Positions 1-9,262 of a stretch of 64,000 nt of DNA are shown in pieces (the stretch's first letter is position 1; each line of letters starts with the position of its first letter). The stretch is from NCBI GenBank assembly GCA_045546815.1, contig JAZQDN010000054.1:80494-144493 (forward strand). Reading direction: 5' to 3'. Under the pieces are notes generated by a model. That model did not search any database, had not been told where the DNA came from, and saw only the letters and a program-made list of their open reading frames with translations. A program made the translations under genes and the position numbers. Source of the DNA: Eubacteriales bacterium (GTDB lineage: Bacteria > Bacillota > Clostridia > Oscillospirales > QAKW01).

Positions 1-133
1 TGTCGATTATATCAACGATCATTGACAGGTATTTGGGCATAAGCACCTCACCTATAACCTCCACGATCATACACAGCGGACCGAGTATAAAAAAGAGGGT
101 ATACGGCTTTACGTATTTTAACCAACGTTTCAT
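1..133 (-). CDS. ABC exporter (MsbA/LmrA-like), N-terminal fragment; the gene runs off the window start
   Basis: Minus-strand ATG at 133..131, then MKRWLKYVKPYTLFFILGPLCMIVEVIGEVLMPKYLSMIVDIID, a typical first TM helix of type-I ABC exporters. The start overlaps the MarR stop as ATGA (133..130). Confidence 0.45.
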   Translation of the reverse strand, partial: MKRWLKYVKPYTLFFILGPLCMIVEVIGEVLMPKYLSMIVDIID

Positions 134-576
134 TCCTTTTCTCCTTTTGAAATGTTATTTAAAATTTTGTCGATATATTCTTTAAGACATAAGATGTCGC
201 GCTCATCAAGCCCCTCAAACATCTGTCTGTCAATCGAGTCAAACGCATCGGTGGTTGACTCACATATTTTTTTGCCGCTGTCTGTAAGCGTGACCTCGTT
301 GTTTCGCATATCGCCAACGCGCACATTGCGGGTTATATATCCTGCCGTCTCCAGCTTTTTAAGGGTTACCGCCACCGCCGCAGGACTTATGTGAAAATGC
401 TGCGCGATCTCCACCTGTGTCGGTGCGTGCTCGCCGCACTTTGCAATATGCATAAGCATTTTGTGCTGTGAGTGGTGCACACCCATATTTTTTACCGCTG
501 TCTCGCAGGCACATCTGTGCTGTCGCAGCAGATGTATCATAGCGCCGATAGTATCGTGCATAAGTTCTCTGTTCAT
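130..576 (-). CDS. MarR-family transcriptional regulator
   Basis: 148 aa. Winged-HTH core HKMLMHIAKCGEHAPTQVEIAQHFHISPAAVAVTLKKLETAGYITRNVRVGDMRNNEVTLTDSG is the MarR signature. Translationally coupled to the downstream ABC exporter fragment. Confidence 0.85.
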   Translation of the reverse strand: MNRELMHDTIGAMIHLLRQHRCACETAVKNMGVHHSQHKMLMHIAKCGEHAPTQVEIAQHFHISPAAVAVTLKKLETAGYITRNVRVGDMRNNEVTLTDSGKKICESTTDAFDSIDRQMFEGLDERDILCLKEYIDKILNNISKGEKE

Positions 577-729
577 ATTTCCACCTCAAAATTAATTAAC
601 ACATTAATGATTATAGCGTTAACTGTTTGTATTGTCAATTAAACTTTTATTAATAAGATGTTAATTTGACAAAAATCGGTTTACTTTTGTAAGTATTTGG
701 TATAAAATCAAAAAAACGGAGGAATAGAA

Positions 730-3330
730 ATGCTTGATTTAACAAATATAGTAAAAAAATACAGAACAGGCACCGAAACGGTAACGGCGCTTAAGGGCGT
801 GTCGCTCAAGTTCCGCAAAAACGAGTTTGTGTCAATACTCGGTCAGTCGGGCTGCGGCAAGACAACGCAGCTTAACATTATCGGCGGTCTTGACAGATAT
901 GACGAGGGCGACCTTGTTATATGCGGCAAGTCGACAAAAAAATTCAAGGATGCGGACTGGGACAACTACCGCAACCGTCGCGTCGGCTTTGTTTTCCAGA
1001 GCTATAACCTTATTCCGCACCAGAGCGTGCTCTCAAACGTTGAGCTTGCGCTCACACTCTCGGGTGTGTCAAAGAGCGAGCGACGTGCGCGTGCAAAGGC
1101 GGCGCTGGAGCAGGTGGGTCTGGGCGACCAGCTCAAAAAGAAGCCGAATCAGATGTCGGGCGGACAGATGCAGCGTGTGGCTATCGCGCGTGCGCTTGTA
1201 AACAACCCCGAAATTCTGCTTGCCGACGAGCCGACGGGCGCTCTTGACTCGGAGACCTCGCTGCAGATAATGGAGCTTTTAAAAGAGGTTGCGCGCGACC
1301 GACTTGTTATTATGGTAACGCATAACCCCGAGCTTGCGCAGACTTATTCTACGCGTATCATAAAGCTGCTTGACGGCAAGGTGATTGACGACAGCGACCC
1401 CTGCGAATCGCTCGAGGATACACAGGAAAACGTAAAGCCGAAGGGCAGAAAAGCAAAAAAACCGTCAATGTCGTTTTTTACCGCGCTTTCACTGTCGTTC
1501 AACAACCTGCTTACTAAAAAAGCGCGCACGATTATGACATCGTTTGCGGGCTCTATCGGTATTATCGGCATCGCGCTCATTATGTCGGTGTCGCAGGGTG
1601 TACAGGCGTATATTGACGGCATCGAGCACTCGACAATGGCAAGCTACCCCATCTCTATCAGTGAAACGACAATGGACTCGACTGCGATGATGGCGTCGTT
1701 TATGACACAAAACAATCAGGACGACACCGAGCAGGATCCCGAGCGCATCTATGCCAACAACGTTATGGTACAGATGATGGAGATTATGACAGAGGGCATC
1801 ACCACCAATAACCTTAAGGATTTCAAGGCGTTTCTTGATTCGGACGAGTCGGGCGTAAAAGAATATGCCAACGACGTCAAGTACACCTATATAACAGAAC
1901 TCAATATCTATAAAAACAATGCCGACGGCACATATCAGAAGGGTCTTAACAACATATTTGATCTGTACGAGGTCATCGGTATGGATATGGGCGACGCATC
2001 GACAATGAATGCTATGTCATCGTCGTCGGGTATTTTTACCGAGCTTGTCGGTGACAAAGAGTATATTAAGGAAACCTATAACCTTGTTCACGGCGACTAC
2101 CCCACAGATCCAACTGACCTTGTGCTGATTGTTGACGAAAACAATCAGGTGACTGACTATATGCTCTATTCACTTGGTGTTTGCGACACCAACGAGTTAA
2201 AGGAGTACTTCAAGCAGGCAGAGCTTGCGCTGTCGACGGGTACTGAAAACACATATAAGATCAACACCCCCGAGAGCTTTTCATTTGACGAGCTGTGTGC
2301 CCTTGAGCTTTCTGTGCTGACAGACGCAGACTATTTTGACTATGACGCGGACAGCGACAAAATAACCGAGTGTGACGAAATTACGATTGACACCAAGCTG
2401 AAGGATGCAACAAAGCTTAATATTGTCGGCATACTCACTCCCAAGGAGGAGAGTGTGTCATCGGGCATCGGTACTGTCGGCTACACCCGTGAGCTTATGG
2501 ATATGCTCATTGAAAAGGTCAACGACCATCCTGCAGTCAAGGCACAAAAGGACAGCGAAAACACCGACCTGTTCACAGGTCTTGAGTTTGGCAAAACAGA
2601 GTACACTGCCGACGAGATCCGTGCGTTTATCTCGCAGGATCCCGCAATGGCGCAGTATGCGCAGATGCCTGACGCTATGCTTTTACAGTATGCGGCGGCA
2701 TTTATGAAAACAGAAGCCACCTATGACTCTAACCTTAAAAAGCTCGGTTATGTCGACACACAAAAGCCGAGTGCAATCAATATCTATCCCAAGGACTTTG
2801 AGGCAAAGGACGAAATTGCAGATATTATCGAAAAATATAATAACGACGCAGACGAGGCAGACCGCATAACATACACCGACACAGTTGCTATGCTTATGAG
2901 CTCGGTTACAACGATAGTTGACGCGATATCCTACGTGCTCATCGCATTTGTTGCAATCTCGCTTATCGTTTCTTCAATTATGATTGGTATTATCACGTAT
3001 ATCTCGGTACTCGAGCGCACCAAGGAAATCGGTATCCTGCGTGCAATCGGTGCGTCAAAGCGCGATATTTCAAACGTGTTCAATGCCGAGACCACCATTG
3101 TCGGACTCACGGCGGGTGCTATCGGTATCGGCGTGACGCTCGTGCTTCTCATACCCATTAACGCAATACTGCTTGCACTTACAGGTATTACAACACTTTA
3201 TGCACAGCTTCCCATTGCGGGCGCTGTCGGTCTTATCTTAATCAGCGTGGTGCTCACACTTATTGCGGGTCTTTTGCCCTCACGTGTTGCGGCAAAGCGT
3301 GACCCTGTTGAAGCACTGCGTACAGAATAA
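730..3330 (+). CDS. MacB-type ABC transporter: fused ATPase plus FtsX-like permease with a roughly 440-aa acidic extracytoplasmic domain
   Basis: 866 aa. Walker A GQSGCGKTT, signature MSGGQMQRVAIARAL, Walker B ILLADEPTGALD. One TM around aa 278-298, a long D/E-rich loop, then a C-terminal 3-TM FtsX module containing ERTKEIGILRAIGASKRDI. GGAGG RBS upstream. Confidence 0.85.
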   Translation: MLDLTNIVKKYRTGTETVTALKGVSLKFRKNEFVSILGQSGCGKTTQLNIIGGLDRYDEGDLVICGKSTKKFKDADWDNYRNRRVGFVFQSYNLIPHQSVLSNVELALTLSGVSKSERRARAKAALEQVGLGDQLKKKPNQMSGGQMQRVAIARALVNNPEILLADEPTGALDSETSLQIMELLKEVARDRLVIMVTHNPELAQTYSTRIIKLLDGKVIDDSDPCESLEDTQENVKPKGRKAKKPSMSFFTALSLSFNNLLTKKARTIMTSFAGSIGIIGIALIMSVSQGVQAYIDGIEHSTMASYPISISETTMDSTAMMASFMTQNNQDDTEQDPERIYANNVMVQMMEIMTEGITTNNLKDFKAFLDSDESGVKEYANDVKYTYITELNIYKNNADGTYQKGLNNIFDLYEVIGMDMGDASTMNAMSSSSGIFTELVGDKEYIKETYNLVHGDYPTDPTDLVLIVDENNQVTDYMLYSLGVCDTNELKEYFKQAELALSTGTENTYKINTPESFSFDELCALELSVLTDADYFDYDADSDKITECDEITIDTKLKDATKLNIVGILTPKEESVSSGIGTVGYTRELMDMLIEKVNDHPAVKAQKDSENTDLFTGLEFGKTEYTADEIRAFISQDPAMAQYAQMPDAMLLQYAAAFMKTEATYDSNLKKLGYVDTQKPSAINIYPKDFEAKDEIADIIEKYNNDADEADRITYTDTVAMLMSSVTTIVDAISYVLIAFVAISLIVSSIMIGIITYISVLERTKEIGILRAIGASKRDISNVFNAETTIVGLTAGAIGIGVTLVLLIPINAILLALTGITTLYAQLPIAGAVGLILISVVLTLIAGLLPSRVAAKRDPVEALRTE

Positions 3331-4127
3331 TGTTCGGATATATAACTGCCGACCCGCGCAAGCTCAACAGATCGGCAAAAAATGACTATAATGCGCTTTA
3401 CTGCGGTCTTTGCCGTGCGCTTTCTAAAAGATACGGCTGGATTGCGCGGTATATGTTAAGCTTTGACACCGCGTTTTTGCTGACAATGCTTGAAAGTGTA
3501 AAGGACGGCGGCGACAGCTGCTTTGGCAGATGCCCCTACCGATTTTACACAAAACGCAGGTGCGTGTGCGGCGAAAATGCCGATTACTGCGCTGATGTAA
3601 CGGTACTGCTGACCTATCTTAAGCTGGAGGACGATGAGCGTGACGAGCGCTCGCTCAAAGCGCGGCTGTTGCTAAAGATACTGAAAAGTAAATATAAAAA
3701 GGCGAGCGAGAGAAGACCGCGGCTTGCGGGTCTTCTCGATTCGCACCTGCGCGAGCTTGCACGCGTTGAAAGGTCGGGCGAAACGAATCCCGACATTCCC
3801 GCCAACATATTCGGCAATCTTTTGGCAGATGTATTTGCAAAGGATGAAAGACTGCGCGATTTTGGCTTTTGCCTCGGCAGATTTATATATCTTGCCGATG
3901 CCGCGTGCGACTTTAAAAGCGATGTAAAGCACGCGCGCTATAATCCGCTCACCCGCCTGCGCCAAGCCGACTTTTACGGTATGCTTGCGCGCGAGCTCGG
4001 CAGCTGCTGTGAAAAGTATGATGCGCTTGACATATCCGCCTACCGTGATATAATTGAAAATGTGCTGTACGACGGTGTGTGGCTCAAAATAAATTTAAAA
4101 GGAATTAGTGATGAACGATCCGTATAA
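3330..4127 (+). CDS. Cys-rich conserved hypothetical protein (DUF5685-like, from memory)
   Basis: 265 aa starting [12 protein letters not shown]. Motifs YCGLCRAL and [12 protein letters not shown]. The ATG overlaps the ABC stop codon (TAATG), which implies translational coupling. Confidence 0.6.
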   Translation: MFGYITADPRKLNRSAKNDYNALYCGLCRALSKRYGWIARYMLSFDTAFLLTMLESVKDGGDSCFGRCPYRFYTKRRCVCGENADYCADVTVLLTYLKLEDDERDERSLKARLLLKILKSKYKKASERRPRLAGLLDSHLRELARVERSGETNPDIPANIFGNLLADVFAKDERLRDFGFCLGRFIYLADAACDFKSDVKHARYNPLTRLRQADFYGMLARELGSCCEKYDALDISAYRDIIENVLYDGVWLKINLKGISDERSV

Positions 4128-4686
4128 GGTGCTGAGGGTGTCGCCCACGGCAACCGACGAGGAAATAACAAAGGCTTACAGAAAGCTTGCAAAAAAGTAT
4201 CATCCTGACTTAAACCCCGGCAACGAGGAAGCAGAACGCAGGATGATGGAAATAAACGAGGCGTACGAAACGATCAAAAAGGGCGGTGCCACCGGCTATA
4301 ACAGCGGCGGCTATTCCACCTATAATCACAGTGGACGCTCGGGGCTTTCGCCGCTCGATTCGGCGGAGGCTTACCTTCGCAACGGTATGTATGACCAGGC
4401 GATGTATATTCTCAACGGTATCAACGACCGCTCGGCGCGTTGGTATTACTTGAGTGCGGTTGCGCAGTCGTATGCGGGCAACGGCATAATCGCCATTCAG
4501 TATGCGCAGACGGCGGTTAATATGGAGCCGAACAACCATACCTATAAGCTGCTTCTTGAGCGCCTTAAGTCAGGCGAGACGACCTATTTTGAGCGCCGCT
4601 CGTTTTCGGCACCGCTGTCCGGCTTTGCGCGTTTTGTCATTGCTGTGCTGATTGCAAGGCTTTGCTGTTGCTGCTTTGGGAGATAA
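4108..4686 (+). CDS. J-domain (DnaJ-like) protein with a TPR-like region and a hydrophobic Cys-rich C-terminal tail
   Basis: 192 aa. [34 protein letters not shown] carries the HPD motif. A Gly/Ser/Tyr linker follows, and the protein ends [20 protein letters not shown]. Start is GTG 4108 or ATG 4111; both overlap the end of the upstream CDS (4127). Confidence 0.85.
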   Translation: MMNDPYKVLRVSPTATDEEITKAYRKLAKKYHPDLNPGNEEAERRMMEINEAYETIKKGGATGYNSGGYSTYNHSGRSGLSPLDSAEAYLRNGMYDQAMYILNGINDRSARWYYLSAVAQSYAGNGIIAIQYAQTAVNMEPNNHTYKLLLERLKSGETTYFERRSFSAPLSGFARFVIAVLIARLCCCCFGR

Positions 4687-4689
4687 ACT

Positions 4690-5097
4690 ATGAAATTCAA
4701 AGAAAAAATTGCGCGCTTTATGTACGGCAGATACGGCATTGACCAGCTGTACTATGCGTTTATTGTGCTGTATTTTATACTGCTTGTAGTTTCGATAATT
4801 ACAGATTCGTGGATTCCGTCTGTGATTATGTGGGCGCTGCTCGTGGTGTCGGTTTTGCGTATGCTTTCCAAAAACCACGTGGCGCGTGCACGCGAAAACC
4901 GCGCCTTTTTAAAGGTGATAAACCCGATAAAAGCGTTTTTTACCACAAACTTTGTGCGCATTCGTGATATACGCTCAAAGCGCTACCGCACCTGTAAAAA
5001 TTGTAAGGCGGTTTTGCGCCTGCCGATAAAAAAGGGCACACATAACGTAAAATGCCCCAAGTGCGGCAAACAGTTTAAGGTAAAAATCTTGTTTTAA
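4690..5097 (+). CDS. Small membrane protein with a C-terminal zinc ribbon
   Basis: 135 aa. Two hydrophobic helices (LYYAFIVLYFILLVVSII, VIMWALLVVSVL), then CKNC...CPKC. Starts 3 nt after the J-protein stop. Confidence 0.7.
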   Translation: MKFKEKIARFMYGRYGIDQLYYAFIVLYFILLVVSIITDSWIPSVIMWALLVVSVLRMLSKNHVARARENRAFLKVINPIKAFFTTNFVRIRDIRSKRYRTCKNCKAVLRLPIKKGTHNVKCPKCGKQFKVKILF

Positions 5098-5172
5098 AAG
5101 ATTTTGCAGAGGTCATTAACGAATGATCCGCCGGCGATTTGTGAATTATTCTTTATAATTAAATAAATTTTA

Positions 5173-5212
5173 AAAATACACCGATTTGCTCTTGACAAGT
5201 CGGTGTATTTTT
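5173..5212 (+). terminator. Stem-loop with T-run after the Zn-ribbon gene; the next promoter's -35 lies in its loop
   Basis: aaaatacaccga (5173..5184) pairs with tcggtgtatttt (5200..5211). There is an inner cttg/caag pairing, and a T-run ends the stem. Confidence 0.45.
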
Positions 5213-5219
5213 GTATAAT
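5192..5219 (+). promoter_or_regulatory. Sigma-A-type promoter of the citrate synthase-aconitase-IDH operon
   Basis: TTGACA (5192..5197), 16-nt spacer, TATAAT (5214..5219), about 60 nt upstream of the ATG at 5279. Confidence 0.6.
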
Positions 5220-5253
5220 TGTATACATTGAATAATGGTATAATTGTATACAT
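5213..5253 (+). promoter_or_regulatory. Two identical 16-nt direct repeats, each containing the palindrome TGTATACA; candidate operator for the in-operon GntR regulator
   Basis: GTATAATTGTATACAT occurs at 5213..5228 (overlapping the -10) and again at 5238..5253, 25 nt apart. The GT..AC palindromic core is typical of GntR-family sites. Confidence 0.45.
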
Positions 5254-5278
5254 AGATACATAGAAAAGGAGAAATAGC

Positions 5279-6658
5279 ATGCTTGAATTATCCCCTAAAA
5301 CAAACCTGCTTGAAGAAGAGCAGTATAAGTATTCGTTGCAGGATGTGCCGGAGCCGATACTGTTTCGGGACATATACAGCTATTCCGAGGTGCCCAAGGT
5401 TGCGTTTAACCACCGCCGTGTACCGCTCAATATGCCTGAAGACATCTGGATAACCGACACGTCCTTTCGTGACGGTCAGCAGTCGGTAAACCCGTATACA
5501 GTTGAGCAGATAGTTGACCTTTACAAGCTTATGTCAAAGCTGGGCGGACCTTACGGTATTATCCGCCAGAGCGAGTTTTTTGTTTACAGTAAAAAGGATC
5601 GCGAGGCGATCGAGCGCTGTATGGACCTCGGCCTTAAATTCCCCGAGATCACAACGTGGATCCGCGCTACCCGCCAGGACTTTGAGCTTGTGCGCAACCT
5701 CGGTATCCGCGAAACAGGTATTCTTGTCAGCTGCTCTGACTACCACATTTTCAAAAAATTAAAGATGACACGTGCGCAGGCAATGGACCATTACCTCGCA
5801 ACCGTAAAAGAGGCGTTTGCCGCAGGCGTTATGCCGCGTTGCCACCTCGAAGACATCACACGTGCCGACTTTTACGGTTTTGTTGTGCCGTTTGTAAACG
5901 AGCTGATGAAGCTCTCGCGCGACGCAAAGATCCCCGTGCGTATCCGTGCGTGTGACACAATGGGCTACGGCGTGCCGTACACCGAGGTATCGCCGCCGCG
6001 TTCTGTTGCAGGTCTTATCTACGGTCTGCAGCACTTTTCCGACGTTAAGAGCGAAATGCTCGAGTGGCACGGACACAACGACTTTTACAAAGCCGTTGCA
6101 AACGCAACTACCGCGTGGCTTTACGGCGCGTCGGCAGTTAACTGCTCGCTTCTTGGCATCGGTGAGCGTACGGGTAATATCCCGCTCGAAGCAATGGTAT
6201 TTGAATATGCTTCTCTTCGTGGCTCGATGGACGGTATGGACCCCACCGTTATTACCGAGATCGCAGACTACTTTAAAAACAATATGGGCTATAACATCCC
6301 GCCCATGACCCCCTTTGTCGGCAAAAACTTCAATATGACCCGTGCGGGCATCCACGCTGACGGACTGCTTAAGGACGAGGAAATTTACAATATCTTCGAC
6401 ACCAAAAAAATACTCAACCGTCCTGCATCGGTTATGGTTTCAAAAACCTCGGGTCTTGCGGGCATCGCGTACTGGATAAACGCAAACTACGAGCTGCGCG
6501 GCGAAAACGAGGTCAACAAGCGCGACCCGCTCGTTGCAGCCGTAAAGGACTGGGTTGACAAGGAGTATGAAGAGGGCAGAACCGCATCAATTTCAACCGA
6601 CGAGCTTGAAACGGTTATTGAAAAACTTTCAAACGGTAAATATAGGAGGCAAAAATGA
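5279..6658 (+). CDS. Homocitrate/2-isopropylmalate synthase-family enzyme, most likely a Re-face citrate synthase
   Basis: 459 aa. DRE-TIM metallolyase motifs DTSFRDGQQS, HGHNDFYKAVANA and GIGERTGN. No LeuA regulatory domain. It is the first gene of an operon with aconitase and isocitrate dehydrogenase. AAGGAG RBS. Confidence 0.75.
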   Translation: MLELSPKTNLLEEEQYKYSLQDVPEPILFRDIYSYSEVPKVAFNHRRVPLNMPEDIWITDTSFRDGQQSVNPYTVEQIVDLYKLMSKLGGPYGIIRQSEFFVYSKKDREAIERCMDLGLKFPEITTWIRATRQDFELVRNLGIRETGILVSCSDYHIFKKLKMTRAQAMDHYLATVKEAFAAGVMPRCHLEDITRADFYGFVVPFVNELMKLSRDAKIPVRIRACDTMGYGVPYTEVSPPRSVAGLIYGLQHFSDVKSEMLEWHGHNDFYKAVANATTAWLYGASAVNCSLLGIGERTGNIPLEAMVFEYASLRGSMDGMDPTVITEIADYFKNNMGYNIPPMTPFVGKNFNMTRAGIHADGLLKDEEIYNIFDTKKILNRPASVMVSKTSGLAGIAYWINANYELRGENEVNKRDPLVAAVKDWVDKEYEEGRTASISTDELETVIEKLSNGKYRRQK

Positions 6659-7323
6659 TACGTGACCATAAAAGCATCTCTATAGCAGACCAGATTTTTG
6701 AACAGCTTGAACACGATATTCTTATCGGTAAGTACTCACGCGGTGAGGTGCTTACCGAAATGAGCCTTACAGCAGAGCTCGGTGTGTCAAGAACACCGAT
6801 ACGCGAGGCGCTCCGCCGACTTGAGCAGGAGCATATTATTGAGGAAACGAGCAAGGGCGCAGTTGTTATAGGTATCTCGCGCGAGGATATGTTCGATATG
6901 TACGAAATCCGTATACATACAGAAGGACTCGCTGCAGCACGTGCCGCAAAAAACATCACACCCGAACAGCTTAAAAAGATGAAGGATATTCTCGACCTTC
7001 AGAACTTTTATATTGAAAAGCGCGCCGAGGGCGACAAGCAGGAAAACACCGATAACATCAAAAACCTCGACTCGCAGTTCCATGAGCTGCTGTATCTCTG
7101 CTCGGCGTCAAAGGCATACGTTGATATGCTTTTGCCGATACACCGTAAAATGATAAAATACCGCAAGGCATCGATAAAGCGCCACTCGCGCGCAAAGGAG
7201 TCGATCAAGGAGCATCTTGCAATTTATGAGGCGCTCCGTGACGGCGACAGCGTAAAGGCACGCGAGCTTGCAACACAGCACGTTACCAATGCCCGCGATA
7301 ACATTATGTTAAGAGAAATATAG
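6655..7323 (+). CDS. GntR-family (FadR/FCD subfamily) transcriptional regulator
   Basis: 222 aa. N-terminal wHTH TEMSLTAELGVSRTPIREALRRLEQEHII and an all-helical C-terminal FCD-like domain. ATGA overlap with the upstream gene. Confidence 0.85.
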   Translation: MIRDHKSISIADQIFEQLEHDILIGKYSRGEVLTEMSLTAELGVSRTPIREALRRLEQEHIIEETSKGAVVIGISREDMFDMYEIRIHTEGLAAARAAKNITPEQLKKMKDILDLQNFYIEKRAEGDKQENTDNIKNLDSQFHELLYLCSASKAYVDMLLPIHRKMIKYRKASIKRHSRAKESIKEHLAIYEALRDGDSVKARELATQHVTNARDNIMLREI

Positions 7324-7337
7324 AAAGGGAACAGACA

Positions 7338-9260
7338 ATGGGACTTACAATCGCACAAAAAATTATTAAAGAACATCTTGTGTCGGGCGAAATGACAGTG
7401 GGCAAGGAGATCGCACTTAAAATTGACCAGACACTCACACAGGACGCAACGGGCACAATGGCATACCTCGAGTTTGAAACAATGGGTATCGACCGCGTGC
7501 GCACAGAGCGCTCTGTTGCTTATATTGACCATAACACACTTCAGTCAGGCTTTGAAAACGCCGACGACCACCGCTATATCCAGTCGGTTGCAAAAAAGCA
7601 CGGTATCTACTTCTCGCGTCCCGGTAACGGCATCTGCCATCAGGTGCACCTCGAGCGCTTTGGCAAGCCCGGCAAGACCCTTATCGGCTCGGACAGCCAC
7701 ACCCCCACAGGCGGCGGTATCGGTATGCTCGCATTCGGTGCGGGCGGTCTTGACGTTGCTGTTGCTATGGGCGGCGGCGCGTACTATATCACAATGCCCA
7801 AAATGATTAAGGTAAACCTCACAGGTAAGCTCCGTCCCTACGTTACCGCAAAGGACGTAAGCCTTGAAATACTGCGTATCCTTTCTGTAAAGGGCGGCGT
7901 CGGCTCAATTATTGAGTGGGGCGGCGAGGGTGTAAAAACACTTTCCGTTCCCGAGCGTGCAACTATCACCAATATGGGTACAGAGCTGGGCGCTACCACC
8001 TCTATCTTCCCGTCTGACGAAACAACACGTGAGTTTTTAAAGGCAGAGGGCAGGGAAGAGGACTATGTAGCTCTCGCATCCGACCCCGATGCAGAGTACG
8101 ACAGAATTATCGACATCAATCTTTCAGAGCTTGAGCCGCTTATCGCGTGCCCCCATATGCCCGACAACGTTGTCAAGGTATCAAGCCTCAAGGGCACAAA
8201 GGTAGACCAGGTTTGTATCGGCTCTTGCACAAACTCGTCACTTATGGATATGTTAAAGGTTGCAAAAATGCTTAAGGGCAAGACGATCTCGCCTTCAGTC
8301 AGCCTTTCAATCTCTCCCGGCTCAAAGCAGGTGCTTGCAATGCTTGCTGACTGCGGTGCGCTGTCAGACATCATCGCGGCAGGTGCGCGTGTGCTTGAGT
8401 GTGCTTGCGGACCCTGTATCGGTATGGGCTTTTCGCCAAACTCGGCAGGTGTCAGCCTTCGTACCTTCAACCGTAACTTTGAGGGCCGTTCGGGCACAGC
8501 CGACGGTAAGGTATACCTTGTTTCACCCGAAACCGCGGTTGCTGCGGCACTTACGGGCGAAATCACCTGTCCCACACTTATGGGCGACGAGGTTAAAATC
8601 GAAATGCCGAAGGAGTTTAAAATCGACGATTCTGCAGTTATTACCCCTGCAGCTCCCGACGAAGCAAAGGATTTAGAGGTTCTTCGCGGTCCCAATATCA
8701 AAGAATTTCCCAAGAGCCGCAGCTTAGATAACGAAATCAAGGCTCCGCTCATCTTAAAGGTTGAAGATAACATCACAACCGACCATATTATGCCCGCGGG
8801 CGCAAAAATTCTGCCCTACCGCTCAAATATCCCTTATCTTTCACAGTTCTGCTTCGGTGTTTGTGACAAAACCTTCCCCGAGCGCGCAAAGGCGGCGGGT
8901 CAGAGCATTGTTGTGGGCGGCTCAAACTACGGTCAGGGCTCGTCGCGTGAGCACGCGGCACTCGTACCGCTTTATCTCGGTGTGCGCGCTGTTGTTGCAA
9001 AGAGCTTTGCACGTATCCACGCGGCAAACCTTATAAACGCAGGTATTATGCCGCTGACCTTCAAAAATGCTGACGACTACGACAAGATTTCGCAGGGTGA
9101 TGAACTTGTGCTTTCCGATATCTTCAGCGGTATGGACAAGGGTGAGATCGTTATGTCAAACGGCAAGGATGAAATCGTACTTGTATGCGAGTATACAACA
9201 CGCCAGAAGGACATTCTTAAAGCAGGCGGACTTTTAAACTATACAAAGGAGAATATGTAA
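7338..9260 (+). CDS. acn: Aconitate hydratase
   Basis: 640 aa. Fe-S ligand/active-site motifs IGSDSHT, CIGSCTNSS and CGPCIGMG, and a C-terminal swivel domain with GSSREHAA. Confidence 0.9.
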   Translation: MGLTIAQKIIKEHLVSGEMTVGKEIALKIDQTLTQDATGTMAYLEFETMGIDRVRTERSVAYIDHNTLQSGFENADDHRYIQSVAKKHGIYFSRPGNGICHQVHLERFGKPGKTLIGSDSHTPTGGGIGMLAFGAGGLDVAVAMGGGAYYITMPKMIKVNLTGKLRPYVTAKDVSLEILRILSVKGGVGSIIEWGGEGVKTLSVPERATITNMGTELGATTSIFPSDETTREFLKAEGREEDYVALASDPDAEYDRIIDINLSELEPLIACPHMPDNVVKVSSLKGTKVDQVCIGSCTNSSLMDMLKVAKMLKGKTISPSVSLSISPGSKQVLAMLADCGALSDIIAAGARVLECACGPCIGMGFSPNSAGVSLRTFNRNFEGRSGTADGKVYLVSPETAVAAALTGEITCPTLMGDEVKIEMPKEFKIDDSAVITPAAPDEAKDLEVLRGPNIKEFPKSRSLDNEIKAPLILKVEDNITTDHIMPAGAKILPYRSNIPYLSQFCFGVCDKTFPERAKAAGQSIVVGGSNYGQGSSREHAALVPLYLGVRAVVAKSFARIHAANLINAGIMPLTFKNADDYDKISQGDELVLSDIFSGMDKGEIVMSNGKDEIVLVCEYTTRQKDILKAGGLLNYTKENM

Positions 9261-9262
9261 CA

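Noticed and set aside
8063-8776. Long antisense or alternative-frame ORFs inside well-supported genes: 8063..8776 (-), 5759..6355 (-), 13146..13835 (-), 11243..11791 (-), 35159..35638 (-), 46617..47177 (+), 39112..39588 (-)
   Set aside because: Each lies entirely within a CDS carrying unmistakable family motifs on the other strand or frame. Their translated products are low-complexity and Arg/Ser/Cys-rich, and none has a start context.
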